A DNA stretch of 64,000 nt, taken from positions 1-64,000 of the forward strand of contig JANRJP010000093.1 in assembly GCA_033763905.1 (NCBI GenBank), written 5' to 3'. This DNA comes from Gemmatimonadaceae bacterium (GTDB lineage: Bacteria; Gemmatimonadota; Gemmatimonadetes; Gemmatimonadales; Gemmatimonadaceae). Within the stretch, counting starts at the first letter, position 1, and every line of letters begins with the position of its first letter. Position numbers and translations under genes: made by a program. This document shows positions 8,781 through 24,373 of this stretch, in pieces. The notes beneath the pieces are model-generated. The model did not search any database and was not told the DNA's origin. It was given only the letters and a program-made list of their open reading frames with translations.

Positions 8781-10843
8781 CGGCGACGCGCCTTGCTGCG
8801 CCCACCCGATGCCGACGCCTTGGCCGTCGGCGTCCGCAGCGGGTCTCCCGCCGCCTTGAGCTCGAAAATCTCGTCTCGCAGTCGCGCCGCGGTTTCGAAA
8901 TCCAGATCGGCGGCGGCCTGCTGCATCTCCGCTTCCAGCTCGGCAACCCGCGTCGCCAGTGCGGCGGCATCGCCTTCGATCAACCGGCGTCCAACTGCGA
9001 CCGGCGCGGCCACGTCCTTCTCGCGCGCATCGGCCACGCGCGTCAGCACCCGAATCTGGTCGTGACTCTTCTCGACGCCGCGCGGCGTGATGCCGTTGGC
9101 GAGATTGTGCGCGACCTGCTTCTCGCGACGCCGCGCGGTTTCGTCGAGACAGCGCCGCATCGAGTCGGTGATGCGGTCGGCGTAGAAGATCGCGCGACCG
9201 TTCACGTTGCGGGCCGCGCGGCCCACGGTCTGAATGAGCGAGCGATCGCTGCGCAGGAAGCCTTCCTGGTCGGCATCGAGCACCGCCACGAGCGAGACCT
9301 CGGGCAAGTCGAGGCCTTCGCGGAGCAGGTTGATGCCGATCAGCACGTCGAACTCCCCAAGACGCAAGCCGCGAACGATCTCGACCCGCTCGATCGCGTC
9401 GATGTCGGAGTGCATATAGCGCACCCGCACCCCGACCTGCTGCAGATAGTCGGCGAGGTCCTCCGACATCCGCTTGGTGAGCGTCGTGACGAGCACGCGC
9501 TCACCCTTGCGTTCGCGGATGCGGATCTCGTTGAGCAGGTCATCGACCTGTCCGCGCACCGGACGAATGTCGATCTCGGGATCGATCAGCCCCGTGGGCC
9601 GGATGACCTGCTCGACCACGACGCCTTCCGACAACTGCAGTTCCAATTCGCCCGGCGTCGCGCTCACGAACACCGCCTTCGGCGTCAGTGACAGGAACTC
9701 GTCGAAGACCAGCGGTCGATTGTCGAGCGCACTCGGCAACCGGAACCCGTAGTCGACCAGCGTGAGCTTTCGCGCCCGGTCGCCGTTGTACATCCCGCGA
9801 ATCTGCGGCAGCGTCACGTGCGACTCGTCGACCACGACGAGGAAATTCTCGGGGAAGTAGTCGAAGAGACACGCCGGCCGTTCACCCGCCGTGCGGCCGG
9901 CGATGTGCCGCGAATAGTTCTCGATGCCTGCGCACGTGCCGATCTCGAGCATCATCTCGATGTCGAACTGCGTGCGCGACTCCAGCCGCTGCGCCTCCAG
10001 CAGCTTCCCTTCCCCGCGCAACACGGCCAGACGCTCGGCGAGCTCGAGGCGAATCGCGCCCACCGCCCGCTCGAGCGAGGGACGCTCGGTGATGAAGTGC
10101 TTGGCCGGGTACACCGCCGCGCGCACGAGGTCCGCCACCCCTTGCCCGGTCACGACGTCGATCTTGGTGATCCGCTCGATCTCGTCGCCCCAGAATTCGA
10201 TCCGCACCGCCTGCTCTTCGTAGGCCGGCAGAATCTCCACCGTGTCGCCGCGCACGCGGAAGGTCCCCCGCTCGAGGGCCACATCGTTGCGCAGATACTG
10301 GATGCGCACCAGCGCGCGGAGCAACTCGTCGCGCGCCATCCGCTGGCCCTTCTCGACCGTGACCATCGATCGGCGATACGACTCGGGATCGCCCAAGCCG
10401 TAAATGGCCGACACGGTGGAGACGATGATCACGTCGTCGCGCTCCATCAGCGACGAGGTGGCGCGCAGCCGGAGTCGATCGATGTCCTCGTTGATCGACG
10501 CGTCCTTCTCGATGTAGGTGTCGCTCGAGGGGACGTACGCTTCCGGCTGGTAGTAGTCGTAGTACGAGATGAAGTACTCGACCGCGTTCGACGGGAAGAA
10601 CGACTTGAGCTCGCCGTAGAGCTGCGCCGCGAGCGTCTTGTTGTGCGACAGCACCAGCGCCGGCGTCCCGTGCTTGGCGATGACGTTGGCCATCGTCATC
10701 GTCTTGCCCGAGCCGGTGACGCCAAGCAGCGTCTGGAAGCGGTCGTTGCGGCCGAGCCCGGCCATCAGTTCGGCGATGGCGCGCGGCTGGTCACCCGCCG
10801 GGGCGAACGGGGCTTCGAGGCGGAACGGGGCGGCGGAGCTCAC
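8777..10843 (-). CDS. uvrB: Excinuclease ABC subunit B
   Basis: [53 protein letters not shown]-terminal UVR domain ([13 protein letters not shown]). GTG start at 10843 chosen. Confidence 0.97.
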   Translation of the reverse strand: MSSAAPFRLEAPFAPAGDQPRAIAELMAGLGRNDRFQTLLGVTGSGKTMTMANVIAKHGTPALVLSHNKTLAAQLYGELKSFFPSNAVEYFISYYDYYQPEAYVPSSDTYIEKDASINEDIDRLRLRATSSLMERDDVIIVSTVSAIYGLGDPESYRRSMVTVEKGQRMARDELLRALVRIQYLRNDVALERGTFRVRGDTVEILPAYEEQAVRIEFWGDEIERITKIDVVTGQGVADLVRAAVYPAKHFITERPSLERAVGAIRLELAERLAVLRGEGKLLEAQRLESRTQFDIEMMLEIGTCAGIENYSRHIAGRTAGERPACLFDYFPENFLVVVDESHVTLPQIRGMYNGDRARKLTLVDYGFRLPSALDNRPLVFDEFLSLTPKAVFVSATPGELELQLSEGVVVEQVIRPTGLIDPEIDIRPVRGQVDDLLNEIRIRERKGERVLVTTLTKRMSEDLADYLQQVGVRVRYMHSDIDAIERVEIVRGLRLGEFDVLIGINLLREGLDLPEVSLVAVLDADQEGFLRSDRSLIQTVGRAARNVNGRAIFYADRITDSMRRCLDETARRREKQVAHNLANGITPRGVEKSHDQIRVLTRVADAREKDVAAPVAVGRRLIEGDAAALATRVAELEAEMQQAAADLDFETAARLRDEIFELKAAGDPLRTPTAKASASGGRSKARRR

Positions 10844-10849
10844 CCCTGA

Positions 10850-10858
10850 AGTATAACA
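10850..10858 (-). promoter_or_regulatory. Extended -10 promoter (TGnTATACT), leaderless uvrB
   Basis: Minus strand TGT-TATACT 6 nt upstream of the uvrB GTG; no SD sequence. Confidence 0.6.
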
Positions 10859-10921
10859 CCCGCTTTCGGCTTTTCTACGGTCCCTTTGCGGCCCGCCTGA
10901 CCGATCGGCCAAACGCGGGGA

Positions 10922-13099
10922 TCAGTCGCCGTCGGAGATGCGCTCGCGCCGAGCGACCGACGACACGCCCTTCACGCGCCGCACGGCGTTCACGACCTTC
11001 TCGAGGTGGCTCAGGTGCTCGACTTCCACCAGCACCGCCCCAATCGCCCGACCGTCCACGGTCTTGAGCTCCATCTGCTTGATGTCGGTGCCGGTACTCG
11101 TGACCGCGGACGCGACATCGGCGTACAGGCCCCGACGATCGCTCCCCTCGAGCGCCAGCCGCACCACGAAACGCTCGCCTGCCTGCTGCTGCCAGTCGAT
11201 CTCCAGGCGACGCTCCGGCTCGTGCGCCAAGAGCAGCACGTTCGGACAGTCGCCGCGATGGATGCTGACTCCACGACCGCGTGTGACGTAGCCGACGACG
11301 GGATCCCCGGGCACCGGTTGACAGCACTGGGCATAGCGCACCATCAACCCGTCGGCGCCCTGAATGCGAATGCCCTTCGAGGTGCCGCGCATCCGGTCGA
11401 CGATGCGCTCGACGACGGTCGGCTTGGTCGTCGTCTCGACGGCATCATCGAGATGCGGGAAGATCTGCTTGAGCGCCATCGTGACGCTGACGTCGCCCTG
11501 TCCGACCGACGCGATCAGGTGATGCGCGTCGCGAAGGGACAAGGCCCGCGCCGCGCGCAGCAGGTCGGCATCATCCACCTTGCCGAGCCGCCGCCGGCGA
11601 ATCTCGCGATCGAGGATCTCGCGCCCGATCTTGGCCGCCGTCTGCTGTTCCTCGTGCTTGAGCCACTGCCGGATCTTGTGGCGCGCCCGCCCGGTGCGGA
11701 CGTGTGAGAGCCAGTCGCGACTCGGCTTGGCCAGCGTGCTCGTGAGGATCTCGACGGTGTCGGAATTCTTGAGCTCGCGCGAGAGCGGCGCGATCTTGCC
11801 GTTGACCTTGGCGCCCTGGCAATGCGCGCCAACCTCGGTGTGCACCGCGAAGGCGAAGTCGATCGGCGTGGCGCCCTTGGGCAACTGGATCACGTCGCCC
11901 GTCGGGGTGAACACGAAGATCTCGTCGGCGTAGAGGTCGAGCTTGAGGAACTCGAGGAACTCGTCCGGACTCTTGGCATCGAGTTGCAGCTCGAGCACCT
12001 GGCGGAACCAGCTCAGCGCGCGATTGATTTCGTTGGCGTCGCTCCCGCCGCCCTCCTTGTACAACCAGTGCGCCGCGATGCCGTACTCCGCCGTCCGGTG
12101 CATCTCGCGCGTGCGGATCTGGATCTCGTAGAGCTGGCGACCCGGCCCGAAGATGGTCGTGTGGAGCGACTGGTAGCCGTTCGACTTGGGCTGCGCGATG
12201 TAGTCCTTGATGCGCTCCTGCACCGGCGTCCAGCCGTCGTGAATGACGCCGAGCGCGTGGTAGCACTCGGGGACCGTGTTGACGATGACGCGAATCGCCA
12301 AGAGGTCGTAGATGTCCTCGTACGACTTCTCGCGCGCCTCCATCTTCTTGTGGATCGACCACAAGTGCTTGACGCGTCCCGAGACTTCGACGACGTCGAT
12401 CTTGGCGCGCTTGAGTTCCTCTTCCAGCGGGCCGCGCAGCTGGGCGATGAGCGACTCGCGCTCGACCCGTTTCTGCTGCACGGTCTTCGCGAGCATCTTG
12501 TACTCGTCCGGCTCGAGATGCTTGAACGAGAGATCCTCGAGCTCCCAGCGGATGCGGGCCAAACCGAACCGATGCGCCATCGGCGCGTAGAGATCGAAGG
12601 TCTCCTGCGCGATGCGGCGACGCTTCTCCTCGGGCATCCAGTCGAGGGTGCGCATATTGTGCAGCCGATCGGCCAGCTTGATCAGAATGACCCGCGCGTC
12701 CTTCGCGATGCTCAGCAGCAGCTTGCGATAGTTCTCGACCTGGCGCTCGAGCTTGGAGGTCAGCGTGAGCGCGCCGATCTTCGTGAGGCCGTCGACGATG
12801 TTGGCGATCTCGCTGCCGAACTCGCGCTCGATGTCGGCAACCGTGATCGAGGTGTCCTCGACGACATCGTGCATCAGGCCGCAGGCCACGGTCACGCTGT
12901 CGAGCTGCAGCTCGGCGAGAATGCGGGCGACTTCGACGCAGTGCGTCACGTAGGGATCGCCCGAGCGCCGGACCTGCCCGGTGTGCGCCTTCTCGCTGAA
13001 CTTGTAGGCGCGCGCCAGCAGCTCGGCGTCGAGCCGGTCCCCCAACTCGGGCGGGAGCTCCCAGCCGGGGATCACATCGGAGAGCGCAATCGCCGTCAC
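10922..13099 (-). CDS. relA: Bifunctional (p)ppGpp synthetase/hydrolase Rel
   Basis: HD domain (RRSGDPYVTH, HDVVED, KLADRLHNMRT), synthetase (RIKDYI, YQSLHT, EIQIRT), TGS, CCQPVPGD, ACT domain. Confidence 0.96.
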   Translation of the reverse strand: MTAIALSDVIPGWELPPELGDRLDAELLARAYKFSEKAHTGQVRRSGDPYVTHCVEVARILAELQLDSVTVACGLMHDVVEDTSITVADIEREFGSEIANIVDGLTKIGALTLTSKLERQVENYRKLLLSIAKDARVILIKLADRLHNMRTLDWMPEEKRRRIAQETFDLYAPMAHRFGLARIRWELEDLSFKHLEPDEYKMLAKTVQQKRVERESLIAQLRGPLEEELKRAKIDVVEVSGRVKHLWSIHKKMEAREKSYEDIYDLLAIRVIVNTVPECYHALGVIHDGWTPVQERIKDYIAQPKSNGYQSLHTTIFGPGRQLYEIQIRTREMHRTAEYGIAAHWLYKEGGGSDANEINRALSWFRQVLELQLDAKSPDEFLEFLKLDLYADEIFVFTPTGDVIQLPKGATPIDFAFAVHTEVGAHCQGAKVNGKIAPLSRELKNSDTVEILTSTLAKPSRDWLSHVRTGRARHKIRQWLKHEEQQTAAKIGREILDREIRRRRLGKVDDADLLRAARALSLRDAHHLIASVGQGDVSVTMALKQIFPHLDDAVETTTKPTVVERIVDRMRGTSKGIRIQGADGLMVRYAQCCQPVPGDPVVGYVTRGRGVSIHRGDCPNVLLLAHEPERRLEIDWQQQAGERFVVRLALEGSDRRGLYADVASAVTSTGTDIKQMELKTVDGRAIGAVLVEVEHLSHLEKVVNAVRRVKGVSSVARRERISDGD

Positions 13100-13145
13100 G
13101 CCGGACTCCCGCCGGTCGCCCGACGATCACGAGCAGGGGCCGTGC

Positions 13146-13853
13146 TCACAGCAACCCCGCTTCGGCGAAGCTGACATAGCGCCCGCGGCCGATGATCACG
13201 TGGTCGTGCACCGGGATATCGAGCAAGCGACCCGCCGCCACCAGTTGCTGCGTGACGAGTCGGTCCTCCTGCGAGGGCGTGGGGTCGCCGCTCGGGTGGT
13301 TGTGGACCAGGATCACCGCAGCCGCCCGCTCGGCAATGGCCTCGCGAAAGACCTCGCGCGGGTGGACGAGCGACGCATCGAGCACCCCGCGGGTGATCGT
13401 CACGTCCCGTTCCATCCGGTGCTGCGCGTCCAGGATCGCCACGTGAAACTCCTCCACCACCAGATCTTCGAGCCGGCCCGCAAACGCGGCGGCTACATCC
13501 TTCGGCGACCGCATCGGCACGCCTTCATCCCGATGCTCGGCGGCCAAGCGACGCCCCAGCTCGAGCGCGGCGTGAATCGCCACGGCCTTCGCCGGTCCTA
13601 CCCCGTTCAGCGCCGTGAGGGCCGCCAGCGGTTCCCGTCCGAGCCGCCGAAGCGACCCGCCGGCCCAGCCGAGCACCGCGTGTGCGACGCCGAGCGCGGA
13701 ATGCCCCTGTCCGCCGGTGCCGATGAGCAACGCCAGGAGCTCGGGTGTGGACAGGGCCTGCGCCCCCAAGTGCCGGAACCGCTCACGCGGTCGGTCCTGC
13801 GGGGGCAACTCTCGTATGTGTAACGCGCCGTGAACGACGGGGCCAGAGCGCAT
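13146..13853 (-). CDS. radC: RadC/UPF0758 JAB-domain protein
   Basis: RPRER, ELLALLIGTG, VHPREVF, HNHPSGDPTPSQED, DHVII; GGAG upstream of ATG 13853. Confidence 0.93.
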   Translation of the reverse strand: MRSGPVVHGALHIRELPPQDRPRERFRHLGAQALSTPELLALLIGTGGQGHSALGVAHAVLGWAGGSLRRLGREPLAALTALNGVGPAKAVAIHAALELGRRLAAEHRDEGVPMRSPKDVAAAFAGRLEDLVVEEFHVAILDAQHRMERDVTITRGVLDASLVHPREVFREAIAERAAAVILVHNHPSGDPTPSQEDRLVTQQLVAAGRLLDIPVHDHVIIGRGRYVSFAEAGLL

Positions 13854-13898
13854 CGCAATCTCCCGGGGTGAAGTCACCGGAAGTGTCCCCCGAATGCA

Positions 13899-13929
13899 CG
13901 CGCGCACCGTCGGCAAAACGGTGCGCGCG
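13899..13929 (-). terminator. Hairpin downstream of secA (terminator or processing element)
   Basis: 12-bp inverted repeat CGCGCGCACCGT / ACGGTGCGCGCG with 7-nt loop just after secA stop; no clear U tract. Confidence 0.45.
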
Positions 13930-13940
13930 GGTGCAAATCG

Positions 13941-17029
<3,089 letters not shown>

Positions 17030-17033
<4 letters not shown>

Positions 17034-17644
17034 CGCTCTGCGGCAGGGCCGCGGTACAACCCGTGTCCCGCGATGTACGCGGCCACGGCATCTGGAACGA
17101 ATCCGCGGATGGGCCGCCCTTCGGCCAATCGCGCCCGGATTTCGGTCGAACTCACATCGAATCGGCGTGCTGCCAGCACGAGGGGCTCCCCCGCGCCGGC
17201 CACCGCCAGGGCTCGCACCGCCTCGGGCACCGTAGCCCCCAAGTCGCCGCGTCCCACTACCACCAGTCGCGCCAGCCGCAGCACTTCGGCCGGCTCCCGC
17301 CATTTCGGGAGCAATTCCACCGCATCGGTGCCGAGCAGCAGATGAAAGTCCGCTCCGCGGTACCGCCGGTGCAAATCCCGCAACGTGTCAACCGTGAAAG
17401 ATAACCCGCCCCGTTCCACCTCAGACCCGTCGAGGACGAACCGGGGGTCATCCCCGATCAGCAGCGCGGTCATCGCCAAGCGCTGCATCGGGCTCGCCCC
17501 ACCACGTCCGTCTTTGAGCGGCTGCCGGTAGGCCGGGACGAAGATCACCCGGTCGAGGGACAGCCGTTCGACGGCGTCCGAGGCCAGCAGCAGGTGTCCG
17601 AAATGCGGCGGATCAAAGGTCCCGCCGAAGACACCGAGCCGCAC
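17030..17644 (-). CDS. nadD: Nicotinate-nucleotide adenylyltransferase
   Basis: GVFGGTFDPPHFGH, SFTVDTL, LLGTD, VSSTEIR, YIAGHGLY. Confidence 0.95.
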
Positions 17645-17647
17645 GGC

Positions 17648-18448
17648 TCAGGCGCCCGGCGGCGTCGGCGGAGGCTTCGCGCCGACGGTGGGCAGGACCG
17701 CCGGACAGGCGGCGGTCACCCCGGCGTCGGTCGGCCAGCCCTTCCGCAACTTGTCGCAGAGCTCGGTCGCGTCGTCGAGGTACTTGATGGTCCGGTACAC
17801 GTCGACCAGCGCGATCCCGGCCCGACGCGCCGCATTGGTCGTCGGGTAGAGATTGAGCACATCGCGCAGGTAGATGATCGCCGAGTCGGGCGCGCCGCGC
17901 CGCTTGTAGTGCAGGCCGATCTCGAGATCCTTCGAGGCGAGCCACTCATCGAGGCGAGACAGTTCCGCCGTCGCCTGCTCCTTGAGCGGCGAGTCGGGGT
18001 ACGCCGAGACGAGGGTGCGCAACGTGGCCTGCGCGAGCAGCCCGTACTGCTGATCGAGCTCCGGCTTCCCCCACATCTTGGCGTACGCCAAGCCCTGCTC
18101 GTACAACGCGTCGTCGGCCAGCGTATCGTCGGGGAACGACTCGGAAATGCGGGAGAACGTGTTGGCGGCCACGAGGTACTCGCCGCGACGCACGTACGCC
18201 CGCGCGAGATACAGATACGCCCCGGGCAGCAGCGGATCGCGCGCCCCCAGATCGATCGTGACCTTCTCGAAGCCTTCGACCGCGTTGTCCCAGTGCTTGC
18301 GCTGGAACTCCAGCAGCGACGCCGCGTAGAGCGCGTCCGGGGTCGGGTAGCTGCGCAGCTTCCAGCCGCCCCCGCCACAGGCGGCGACGGCGAACACCAG
18401 CCACCACAGGTGGGACCGGGCGCGATCGGTGAGCCCGCGAGCCGTCAC
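17648..18448 (-). CDS. bamD: Outer membrane protein assembly lipoprotein BamD
   Basis: Lipobox VAAC, TPR helices, [24 protein letters not shown] motifs typical of BamD/YfiO. Confidence 0.85.
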   Translation of the reverse strand: MTARGLTDRARSHLWWLVFAVAACGGGGWKLRSYPTPDALYAASLLEFQRKHWDNAVEGFEKVTIDLGARDPLLPGAYLYLARAYVRRGEYLVAANTFSRISESFPDDTLADDALYEQGLAYAKMWGKPELDQQYGLLAQATLRTLVSAYPDSPLKEQATAELSRLDEWLASKDLEIGLHYKRRGAPDSAIIYLRDVLNLYPTTNAARRAGIALVDVYRTIKYLDDATELCDKLRKGWPTDAGVTAACPAVLPTVGAKPPPTPPGA

Positions 18449-19403
18449 AGCGTGCGTGCCTCGGCCGGCGCCTTGGCCAGCGCGTCACGGAAGTACGCAA
18501 TCGTCGGCACGAGGCCGTCCTTCAGGGCAACCTTCGGCTCCCACCCGAGCATCGCTTTCGCCCGCGTCAGATCCGGCTGGCGGACCTTCGGATCATCCGC
18601 CGGCAGCGGACGCCGATCGATCGTGCTGGCCGAATCAGTCAGCGCAATGACGAGCTCGGCCAGTTGCTGTACCGTGAACTCGCCCGGATTGCCGATGTTG
18701 CAGGGCTGCGCGTCTCCCTTGTGGAAGAGCTGGTAGATGCCCTCCACCTCGTCCTCGACATAGCAGAACGACCGCGTCTGCGAGCCATCGCCGTAGACGG
18801 TCAGCGGCTGGCCGCGCAGCGCTTGCACGATGAAGTTCGACACGACGCGGCCATCGTTCGGACGCATCCGGGGGCCGTACGTGTTGAAAATGCGCACGAT
18901 GCGGGTGTCGAGGCCGTGGAAGGTGTGGTACGCCATCGTGAGCGCTTCGGCGAAGCGCTTTGCTTCGTCATACACCCCACGCGGCCCGATCGGGTTCACA
19001 TTGCCCCAGTACGACTCGGGCTGCGGGTGCACCAGCGGATCGCCGTAGACCTCGCTCGTGCTCGCGAGCAGGAAGCGCGCCCCCTTCGACTTTGCGATGC
19101 CGAGCGCGTTGTGCGTCCCGAGCGACCCGACCTTGAGGGTCTGGATCGGCATCTCCAGGTAATCCACCGGGCTGGCCGGCGACGCGAAGTGCAGCACGCC
19201 GTCGAGCGGACCGCTCACGTAGGTGTACGTCGAGATGTTGTGCTCGACAAACTGGAACTTCGGGTTGCCGATCAGGTGCGCGATGTTGTCGGGGCTGCCG
19301 GTGAGGAAATTGTCGAGCCCGACGACGGTGTGCCCGTCGGCCAGGAACCGGTCGCACAAGTGACTGCCGAGGAATCCGGCGGCACCAGTAATGAGAATGC
19401 GCA

Positions 19404-19404
<1 letters not shown>
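18445..19404 (-). CDS. uxs: UDP-glucuronate decarboxylase (UDP-xylose synthase family)
   Basis: [65 protein letters not shown]. Confidence 0.9.
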
Positions 19405-20708
<1,304 letters not shown>

Positions 20709-20727
20709 GTGGTATCCTGGCCGACGC

Positions 20728-22092
20728 TCAGGCGGTGTACGCCGGCGCGCCGGTGTGCGCGTTGAGCAGCCCACCCGACAGCGGCACGATGCGCGCGCGA
20801 CCCGGCTCAAGCGCCGCGAAGACGTTGCGCGAGTCCACGACCAGGGCGGCCTCGTCGGCCACGAGCTGATAGTTCACGGCCTGATGGTCGGTCACCACCA
20901 CGACGGCATCCACGGCGCGCAAGAGCTCCGGCGTCAGCGACACCGAGAAGCGCAGTTCGTTGTCCTCGCGGAACTCCTTCACGAACGGATCGTGATACAT
21001 CACCTGCGCGCCTCGCTCCTCGAGCAGCTTGATGATGTCGAGCGCCGGGCTTTCGCGCACGTCGTCGATGTCGCGCTTGTACGCGACCCCGAGCACGAGG
21101 ATCGACGACCCGTTGACCGCCTTGCGCTCTTCATTGAGCGCCCGGCTCACCTTGCGCACCACGAACTCGGGCATCTCCGAGTTGATCTCGCTCGCCACGT
21201 CGATGAAGCGCGTCCGGTAGTTCAGCGTCCGCATCTTCCACGCGAGGTAATGCGGGTCGAGCGGAATGCAGTGGCCCCCGATGCCCGGGCCGGGCGTGAA
21301 CTTCATGAACCCGAAGGGCTTCGTCGCCGCGGCGTTGATGACTTCCCAGACGTCCACGCCCAAGCGGTCGCACACGATCGCCATTTCGTTGGCGAGCCCG
21401 ATGTTGATCGAGCGGAACGTGTTCTCGAGCAGCTTGACCAACTCGGCGGCCTCGGGGCTCGAGACCGGCACGACCACGTCGATGCAGGCGGCGTACAAGG
21501 CCGTCGCGGTGCGGCTGCACGCCGGCGTCAGCCCCCCGACGACCTTGGGCGTGTTCTTCGTGTGCCACGTCGGGTTGCCCGGATCGACGCGCTCGGGGCT
21601 GAACGCCACGAACACATCCTGCCCCGGCACCAGCCGCCGCGCCTCCAGTTCGGGCAGCAGCAGTTCGCGGGTCGTGCCGGGGTACGTGGTGCTTTCGAGC
21701 ACCACCAGAGCCCCTGGCTTGAGCTGGCGACCGATCGCCTTCGCCGCCGACAACACGTAGGACAGATCCGGATCACGGGTCTTGGCCAGCGGCGTCGGGA
21801 CGGCAATCGAGATGGCGTCGCACTCCGCCAAGCGCGACTCGTCCGCGGTCGCGATGAAGCGCCCAGCCTTCACCTCGGTCGCGACGGTGGCGGCGGGAAT
21901 GTCCTGGATGTGCGAGCCGCCGCCGTTGAGCAGGTCGACCACCCGCTGGCTCACGTCGTAACCGATCACCGTGAAGCCGGCGTGCGCGAACTCCATCGCG
22001 AGCGGCAGTCCGACGTAGCCCAACCCGATGATTCCAATGACCGCCGTCTTGTTGTCGAACTTGGCGATCAGCTGCTGCTCACGGTCCTGCAT
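20728..22092 (-). CDS. wbpA: UDP-N-acetylglucosamine 6-dehydrogenase (WbpA/TviB family)
   Basis: GLGYVGLPL, ESTTYPGTT, SPERVDPGN, KLLENTFR, GPGIGGHCIPLDP, YKRDIDDVRESP; GGAG RBS. Confidence 0.85.
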   Translation of the reverse strand: MQDREQQLIAKFDNKTAVIGIIGLGYVGLPLAMEFAHAGFTVIGYDVSQRVVDLLNGGGSHIQDIPAATVATEVKAGRFIATADESRLAECDAISIAVPTPLAKTRDPDLSYVLSAAKAIGRQLKPGALVVLESTTYPGTTRELLLPELEARRLVPGQDVFVAFSPERVDPGNPTWHTKNTPKVVGGLTPACSRTATALYAACIDVVVPVSSPEAAELVKLLENTFRSINIGLANEMAIVCDRLGVDVWEVINAAATKPFGFMKFTPGPGIGGHCIPLDPHYLAWKMRTLNYRTRFIDVASEINSEMPEFVVRKVSRALNEERKAVNGSSILVLGVAYKRDIDDVRESPALDIIKLLEERGAQVMYHDPFVKEFREDNELRFSVSLTPELLRAVDAVVVVTDHQAVNYQLVADEAALVVDSRNVFAALEPGRARIVPLSGGLLNAHTGAPAYTA

Positions 22093-22103
22093 AAGACTCC
22101 TGG

Positions 22104-23213
22104 TTAGCGGCCGAAGAAGCCGCGGACGGCGGCGATGACTTCGTCCAGCTGGGTCGTGGTCAATTCGGGGAACACCGGCAGCGAGAGCACTTCCTTCGAC
22201 GCGCGCTCGGCCTCGGGAAACTGCCCCGCCTTGTAGCCGAGATACGCGAAGCACGGCTGCAGGTGCATCGGCAACGGGTAGTAGACGTTGCAGCCGATGC
22301 CCTTGGCCTTCAGGTGCGCCTGCAACTCGTCACGACGCGGCGTGCGGATCGTGTACTGGTTGTAGATGCTCTCGCTCTCGGGGGCGATGTACGGGGTCGT
22401 GATGTCGGCGACGTCGGCGAAGGCCGCATCGTAGTAGGCCGCATTGCGCCGACGCGCGGCACTCCACGATTCGAGGTGCGGCAGCTTCGCCTGCAGCACG
22501 GCCGCCTGCAGCGTGTCGAGCCGCGAGTTGTAGCCGACCTCGTCGTGGTAGTACATCGTGGTGCCACCGTGCACACGCAAGCGCCGCAGGCGCTTTGCGA
22601 TCTCGTCGTCGTTCGTGACCATCATCCCGCCGTCGCCGTAGCCACCGAGGTTCTTCGACGGGAAGAACGAAAAGGTGCCAATCGTCGCGATCTGGCCGGC
22701 GCGGACGTACTCCCCGCAGACGTGGCGACGTGCGCCGATGCTCTGTGCGCCGTCTTCGACGACCGGCAGGCCGGTCTTCTCGCGAATCACCTCGAGCGGC
22801 GCCATCTGCCCGAAGAGATCCACCGGCACCACGGCCTTGGTCGTCGAGGTCTTGGCGGCCGCCGCGGCGTCCGGATCGAGATTGAAGGTCTTGGGGTCGA
22901 TGTCCGCGAACACCGCGCGGCCGCCCACATTGTGGATGGCGCCGACGGTCGCGAAGAACGTGAACGGCGTCGTGAGCACTTCGTCGCCACGCCCGATGTC
23001 GAGCGCCCGGTAGGCGAGCAGCAGCGCGTCGGTGCCGTTGGCGCAGCCGATGGCGTGCTTGGTCCCCGACAAGGCCGCCACCGCCGACTCGAGTTCGGCG
23101 ACCTGCGTACCCAGAATGAAGGTCTGGTCGTCCACGACACGCATCATCGAGGCGACCACATCGTCGCGAATCGTCGCGTGCTGCGCCTTCAGGTCAAGAA
23201 GCGGGACGGGCAT
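22104..23213 (-). CDS. wbpE: DegT/DnrJ/EryC1 PLP sugar aminotransferase (WbpE-like)
   Basis: NGTDAL, FTFFAT, VEDGAQSIG, SFFPSKNLGGYGDGG, NSRLDTLQAAVL, LSLPVFP. Confidence 0.82.
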   Translation of the reverse strand: MPVPLLDLKAQHATIRDDVVASMMRVVDDQTFILGTQVAELESAVAALSGTKHAIGCANGTDALLLAYRALDIGRGDEVLTTPFTFFATVGAIHNVGGRAVFADIDPKTFNLDPDAAAAAKTSTTKAVVPVDLFGQMAPLEVIREKTGLPVVEDGAQSIGARRHVCGEYVRAGQIATIGTFSFFPSKNLGGYGDGGMMVTNDDEIAKRLRRLRVHGGTTMYYHDEVGYNSRLDTLQAAVLQAKLPHLESWSAARRRNAAYYDAAFADVADITTPYIAPESESIYNQYTIRTPRRDELQAHLKAKGIGCNVYYPLPMHLQPCFAYLGYKAGQFPEAERASKEVLSLPVFPELTTTQLDEVIAAVRGFFGR

Positions 23214-23335
23214 CGAAAATCGGGCTGAATACGGACTGCACGAGTCACGAAAGTTCGCCGATTGCGCGCCCCCAGTCAACGATAATCAGGACAACGACTT
23301 GCGCCGATTCCAGCGCTCCGACGCCCTCGTCGGCC

Positions 23336-24373
23336 CTACCGGAGCGGCAGCGGCACGTCCCGGCCCGTCCGGGCGGACTCGTAGATCCCCAGGATCAGTT
23401 CCAACGACTTCCGACCGGAGCGCCCGTCGGTCTCGGGAATCGCTTCGCCCCGCAGCACCGACACCACGTTCCGGTAGTACGGGACGTGGCCAAAGCCGTA
23501 CACACTCGTCGGTGCGGTGTTGGCCGCTTCGATCAGCCGGTCGTCGTCGTCGTAGTCGGCGAACTGCCAGTGCTCGATCTTGTTCACCGCCGTGCCGCCG
23601 ATGCGGACGGTGCCCTTCTCGCCGATGATGGTGAACGAGCCTTCGAGGTTGCGGGGAAAGGTGAGCATCGTGACCTCGATCACGCCGATCGCCCCGGAGC
23701 GGAACTTGATGACCGCCGCACCGGAATCCTCCGCCTCGATGCGCCGCGCCAGCGTGGCCGTCTTCGCGATCACGCTTTCGACCGGCCCCATCATCCACTG
23801 CATCAGATCGACATAGTGCGACGCCTGATTCATGAAGGCCCCGCCGTCGAACTCCCAGGTCCCCCGCCAAGGCGCCTGATCGTAGTACTCCTGCGGCCGC
23901 GACCAGCGCACGGTGCAATTGGCCATGAACAGCCGGCCAAAGCGACCCTTCTCGAGCGCTCGACGCACGAACTGCACCGAGGGGTTCAGCCGATTCTGCT
24001 TCACGACGAACAACTGCACGCCCGCATCGTCACAGGCCTTCACGAGGGCATCCGCCGCCGCGAGCGAGATCGCCATCGGCTTCTCGGAGATCACGTGCCG
24101 ACCAGCGCGCGCAGCCTTGATGCCGTGCTCCGGGTGCAGGCCGCTCGGCGTCGCCACCGTGACGATGTCCGAGGGCACCGTCGCGAGCATCTCGTCGATC
24201 GACGTGAACCACGGCACCTGCTGCGCCGTGCCCGCCTCTCGCGCGCGGGCCTCGACGCTGTCACAGACCGCCACGAGCCGTACGCCCTCGACCTCGCGAA
24301 TCGCGTCGAAGTGGTTGCGCGCGATGCGCCCGCACCCGACGAGCGCGATGCGGAACTCGTCGAGACCGCTCAC
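23336..24373 (-). CDS. wbpB: Gfo/Idh/MocA oxidoreductase (WbpB/WlbA-like UDP-GlcNAcA 3-dehydrogenase)
   Basis: GCGRIARNH, TPSGLH, EKPMA, VKQNRLNP, WRGTWEFDGGAFMNQASHYVD, SVYGFGH. GTG start 24373 with GGAG. Confidence 0.85.
   Translation of the reverse strand: MSGLDEFRIALVGCGRIARNHFDAIREVEGVRLVAVCDSVEARAREAGTAQQVPWFTSIDEMLATVPSDIVTVATPSGLHPEHGIKAARAGRHVISEKPMAISLAAADALVKACDDAGVQLFVVKQNRLNPSVQFVRRALEKGRFGRLFMANCTVRWSRPQEYYDQAPWRGTWEFDGGAFMNQASHYVDLMQWMMGPVESVIAKTATLARRIEAEDSGAAVIKFRSGAIGVIEVTMLTFPRNLEGSFTIIGEKGTVRIGGTAVNKIEHWQFADYDDDDRLIEAANTAPTSVYGFGHVPYYRNVVSVLRGEAIPETDGRSGRKSLELILGIYESARTGRDVPLPLR

Noticed and set aside
13146..13853. radC as a marker of a mobile element or anti-restriction island
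   Set aside because: Full-length chromosomal type with N-terminal domain, flanked by secA and rel; no mobility genes.
13863..13890. ACTTC-N5-ACTTC direct repeat upstream of radC as an SOS/LexA box
   Set aside because: No matching motif seen upstream of uvrB or ssb; too short to support.
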